Assembly (NCBI GenBank): GCA_002104905.1 | Contig: MCFE01000053.1 | Location: 124,001 to 188,000 of the forward strand | DNA from: Basidiobolus meristosporus CBS 931.73 | Lineage: Eukaryota; Fungi; Basidiobolomycota | Length of the DNA: 64,000 nucleotides | Direction of reading: 5' to 3' | Part shown: in pieces, positions 61,373 to 64,000 of the stretch | How positions within the stretch are numbered: the first letter of the stretch is position 1 | Layout of the letters: every line of letters begins with the position of its first letter | Notes under the pieces: generated by a model | The model's input: the letters and a program-made list of their open reading frames with translations, nothing else | What the model was told of the DNA's origin: nothing | Database searches by the model: none | Made by a program: the position numbers and the translations under genes

Positions 61373-63248
61373 ATGACTGGTGATAGTTTCTCTGGTGTAA
61401 AAGGTGGTGTTCAGATAGAAAAGGGATTCAACGGTGGCTTTTCCCCCGATCCTGCCGCTGAAAAGGCGTTGGTAAGGAAGTTAGACAAGCGTCTGATTCC
61501 ATTTCTTTCCTTGCTTTACCTCTGCTCTTTCCTGGACCGGGTCAATATCGGTATTGTTATGCTGTATGATAGCAAAAATGGCGTCCGAAGTTCTCATAGT
61601 ACTCTTCTAGGTAACGCAAAATTGGCTCACATAGATAAAGATTTGGCTTTGACTGGTGACCAGTTCAACTGGTCTTTATCCATCTTCTTCATCGGTTATG
61701 TAAGTGAATGAGCTTGTATGTAATTCAGCAATATCCTAACTCTGATTTCACCATAGGTTTTATTTGAAGTGTATGTATTTCTCATCCTCACCGAGCACAT
61801 GGCCTTCGGGTAATAACTCTGCTCCCTACATAGGCCATCAAATATTATGTTGAAAAAAATCGGCCCTTCAAGATGGATTCCAATTGTTATGATCGCATGG
61901 TCGGTCGTTATGATATGCATGGCCGCAGTGAGCAATGCCACAGGCTTGTTGGCATCGCGGTTCTTTTTGGGTTTAGCTGAAGGTGGGTATTCTATTCCGC
62001 GCATAATCATGGCTTGCAACACTAACACCATACAGCTGGGCTATTCCCTGGTGTTATCTTCTATTTGTCGTTGTGGTACACCAGACACGAGCAGGCCCTT
62101 CGGATTGCCCTGTTCTTTGGTGCTGCAACAATAGCCGGTGCATTTGGTGGTGTTCTAGCTTATGGAATTATTCAGATGTCTGGCTTGCGAAACCTAACTG
62201 GCTGGCAGTGGATTTTCATCATCGAGTATGCTCATATCAATTGCAATTCAACCTGATGCCAATTAACACGCTATTCTCAGAGGGTTACCCAGCCTTTTAC
62301 TCGCGTTTGTGTCCTACTTTTATCTACCCGATTTCCCTGAAAGTGCTTCTTTCCTTACTCAAGAGGAGCGCGAGCTACTATTGGCGCGCCTCAAGCACGA
62401 TGCTGGAGTTGCTTCTGAAACCGAATTCTCCTGGAAACAGTTCAAGGATGCATTTATCGACTGGAAAATCTACATGCATATGATTGTTTATATCGCTGCT
62501 TCTACCCCACTCTACAGCTTGAGCTTGTTCTTGCCCAGTATCGTAAATGGGATGGGATTCACTGATCTAACGGCCCAGCTGATGTCTGCACCACCATACG
62601 CAGTCGCTTGTGTTTTCACCATTGTCGTATCTTTCCACGCTGATTATAGAAAGGAGCGCGGGCTCCATATTGCTTTCTGGATGTTCATAGGGATGATCGG
62701 CTATATGCTACTAATTATTCTCCGCCATCGCGGATCCACGGCACTATACATCGCGGCAATCATTACTACCACTGGAGTGTTCGCCAACATCCCTAGTATG
62801 TTGTCGTGGTTCACCAATAACATTGGCGGTCATACCAAGAGGGGCGTGGCTTCTGCTCTGATTATATCCTTCGGCAATATCGGAGGAGCTCTTGGCGGTC
62901 AGGTAAGTGCCCACCGCATTGCATTAGTAACAACCTCGACTTACCCTTGGGTAAACAGATATATAGAGCTGACGACGCCCCGTTCTATCCACGTGGCCAC
63001 GCTATCTGCTTAGGATGTATGGCATTAGGTTGGGTATCAGCATTAGTATTCAAATGGCTCTTGATGAGAGAGAATCGGCGACGCGATAATCTCAGTCCTG
63101 AACAGTACGAAATTGAATCTAATCAGGTCGAGCCAGCTGACTGGGTAAGTTGAAATTAGTGATTGATGGTGCTAGCTTTCATGTACTAAGGCTTGTTGGG
63201 TCATTTTCGTTAATCTTATAGCACCCTGGCTTCCGCTACATATCTTGA
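61373..63248 (+). CDS. MFS transporter, Dal5/ACS family, about 8 exons
   Basis: LVRKLDKRLIP, SFLDRVNIGNAKL, WYTRHEQALRIALF, GWQWIFIIEG, HTKRGVASA and terminal HPGFRYIS*. Confidence 0.92.
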
Positions 63249-63399
63249 AAACCCCAATACATGTAAGCTTGTTGGTACACTTGCTTTGATTTTATATCGT
63301 AATAACCACACATGTAAATATGTTAAATGTGGGGAAATTCCATTCAATTAAATCATACAGTTAGTAGCATAACTCTATATTCTTTCCCAAAACGGTGTA

Positions 63400-64000
63400 G
63401 GAAAATGTGCCCGGCGAGTACTCACTCTCCGAATCAGAGAAACGCTCATTTTCCGATTGCAAATACACTCTGCGAATGTCAGGCTATTCTTCAGATTTTG
63501 CAAACCAAAATACTTTGTAACAAAGTAGGCTGCCATATCAGTTCCTGCACTGACCCCTGAGGATATAATATACTCTCCATCTTGAACCCATCCATTGTCA
63601 GGGACTGGGCAGTAAAAAGGTTAGAATCAGGAATAATATTAGCTAATATGGTCAGAATCAAGAGTAATACTAGTTAACAACACATTGAGTCAACATTGGC
63701 CTAACCATCTTGTTGGTGGTTGCGCGTAAGCCATTCAGTAGCTCAGCTTTTGCAAGCAACCTGCTACCTGTGCATATAATTTATATTACCTTGGCCTTCA
63801 TATCATTACGTTTGATAAATTTAACTATAGTGGAGTTGGCCATTTCATATTGACAATACCCCCCCGAAATGAATAGATCCTCAAACTTGGGATGATTTTT
63901 GAATCCATAGTCCACTTTCTGTTGTAAAAATTTGTAATTCCACCTAAATATTCACCTAACTTAGTCACTTGGATCATTACCTTCAAATCCTAGAGAATAC
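63400..64000 (-). pseudogene. DJ-1/PfpI (ThiJ/isonitrile-hydratase-like) pseudogene, 5' part beyond the window
   Basis: Frame reads KVDYGFKNHPKFEDLFISGG...IVKFIK...AKVI*IICTGSRLLAKAELLNGLRATTNK, then WVQDGEYIISSGVSAGTDMA. In-frame TAA at 63781-63783. Confidence 0.75.

Overview
Eukaryotic, fungal DNA: short GT-AG introns with CTAAC-type branch points, a Zn2Cys6 factor, a velvet factor and complex I subunit NDUFB7. An early-diverging lineage such as Zoopagomycota/Mucoromycota is plausible, but that is inference. About 30 protein genes are readable after manual splicing: B-type cyclin, four Dal5/ACS-family MFS transporters, Gvp36-like BAR protein, LETM1/Mdm38, Zn2Cys6 TF, a C2+PH protein, TRM9 head-to-head with ALKBH1, RidA, CCDC25, RPL11, ACADSB, NDUFB7, GH47 mannosidase, nucleolin/Nsr1, proline iminopeptidase, aquaglyceroporin and a VosA-like velvet gene whose velvet domain the ORF track misses. 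The most unusual content is a surface-protein system. Six Kre9/Knh1-like (Ser/Thr-rich GPI family) genes sit in two triads, each containing a tail-to-tail inverted duplication with a 0.35-0.4 kb spacer. In triad 1, three genes share a near-identical N-terminal domain but carry different tails, a shufflon-like layout. Next to it is a secreted ~900-aa silk/resilin-like glycine-repeat protein. The window also holds a mosaic 3.2 kb tandem duplication and several pseudogenes (ARF6-like, DJ-1/PfpI-like, a Gvp36 fragment). Several 1-2 nt homopolymer frameshifts may be sequencing errors. No tRNA, rRNA, CRISPR array or intact transposon was seen. All family assignments are from recalled motifs, not database searches.
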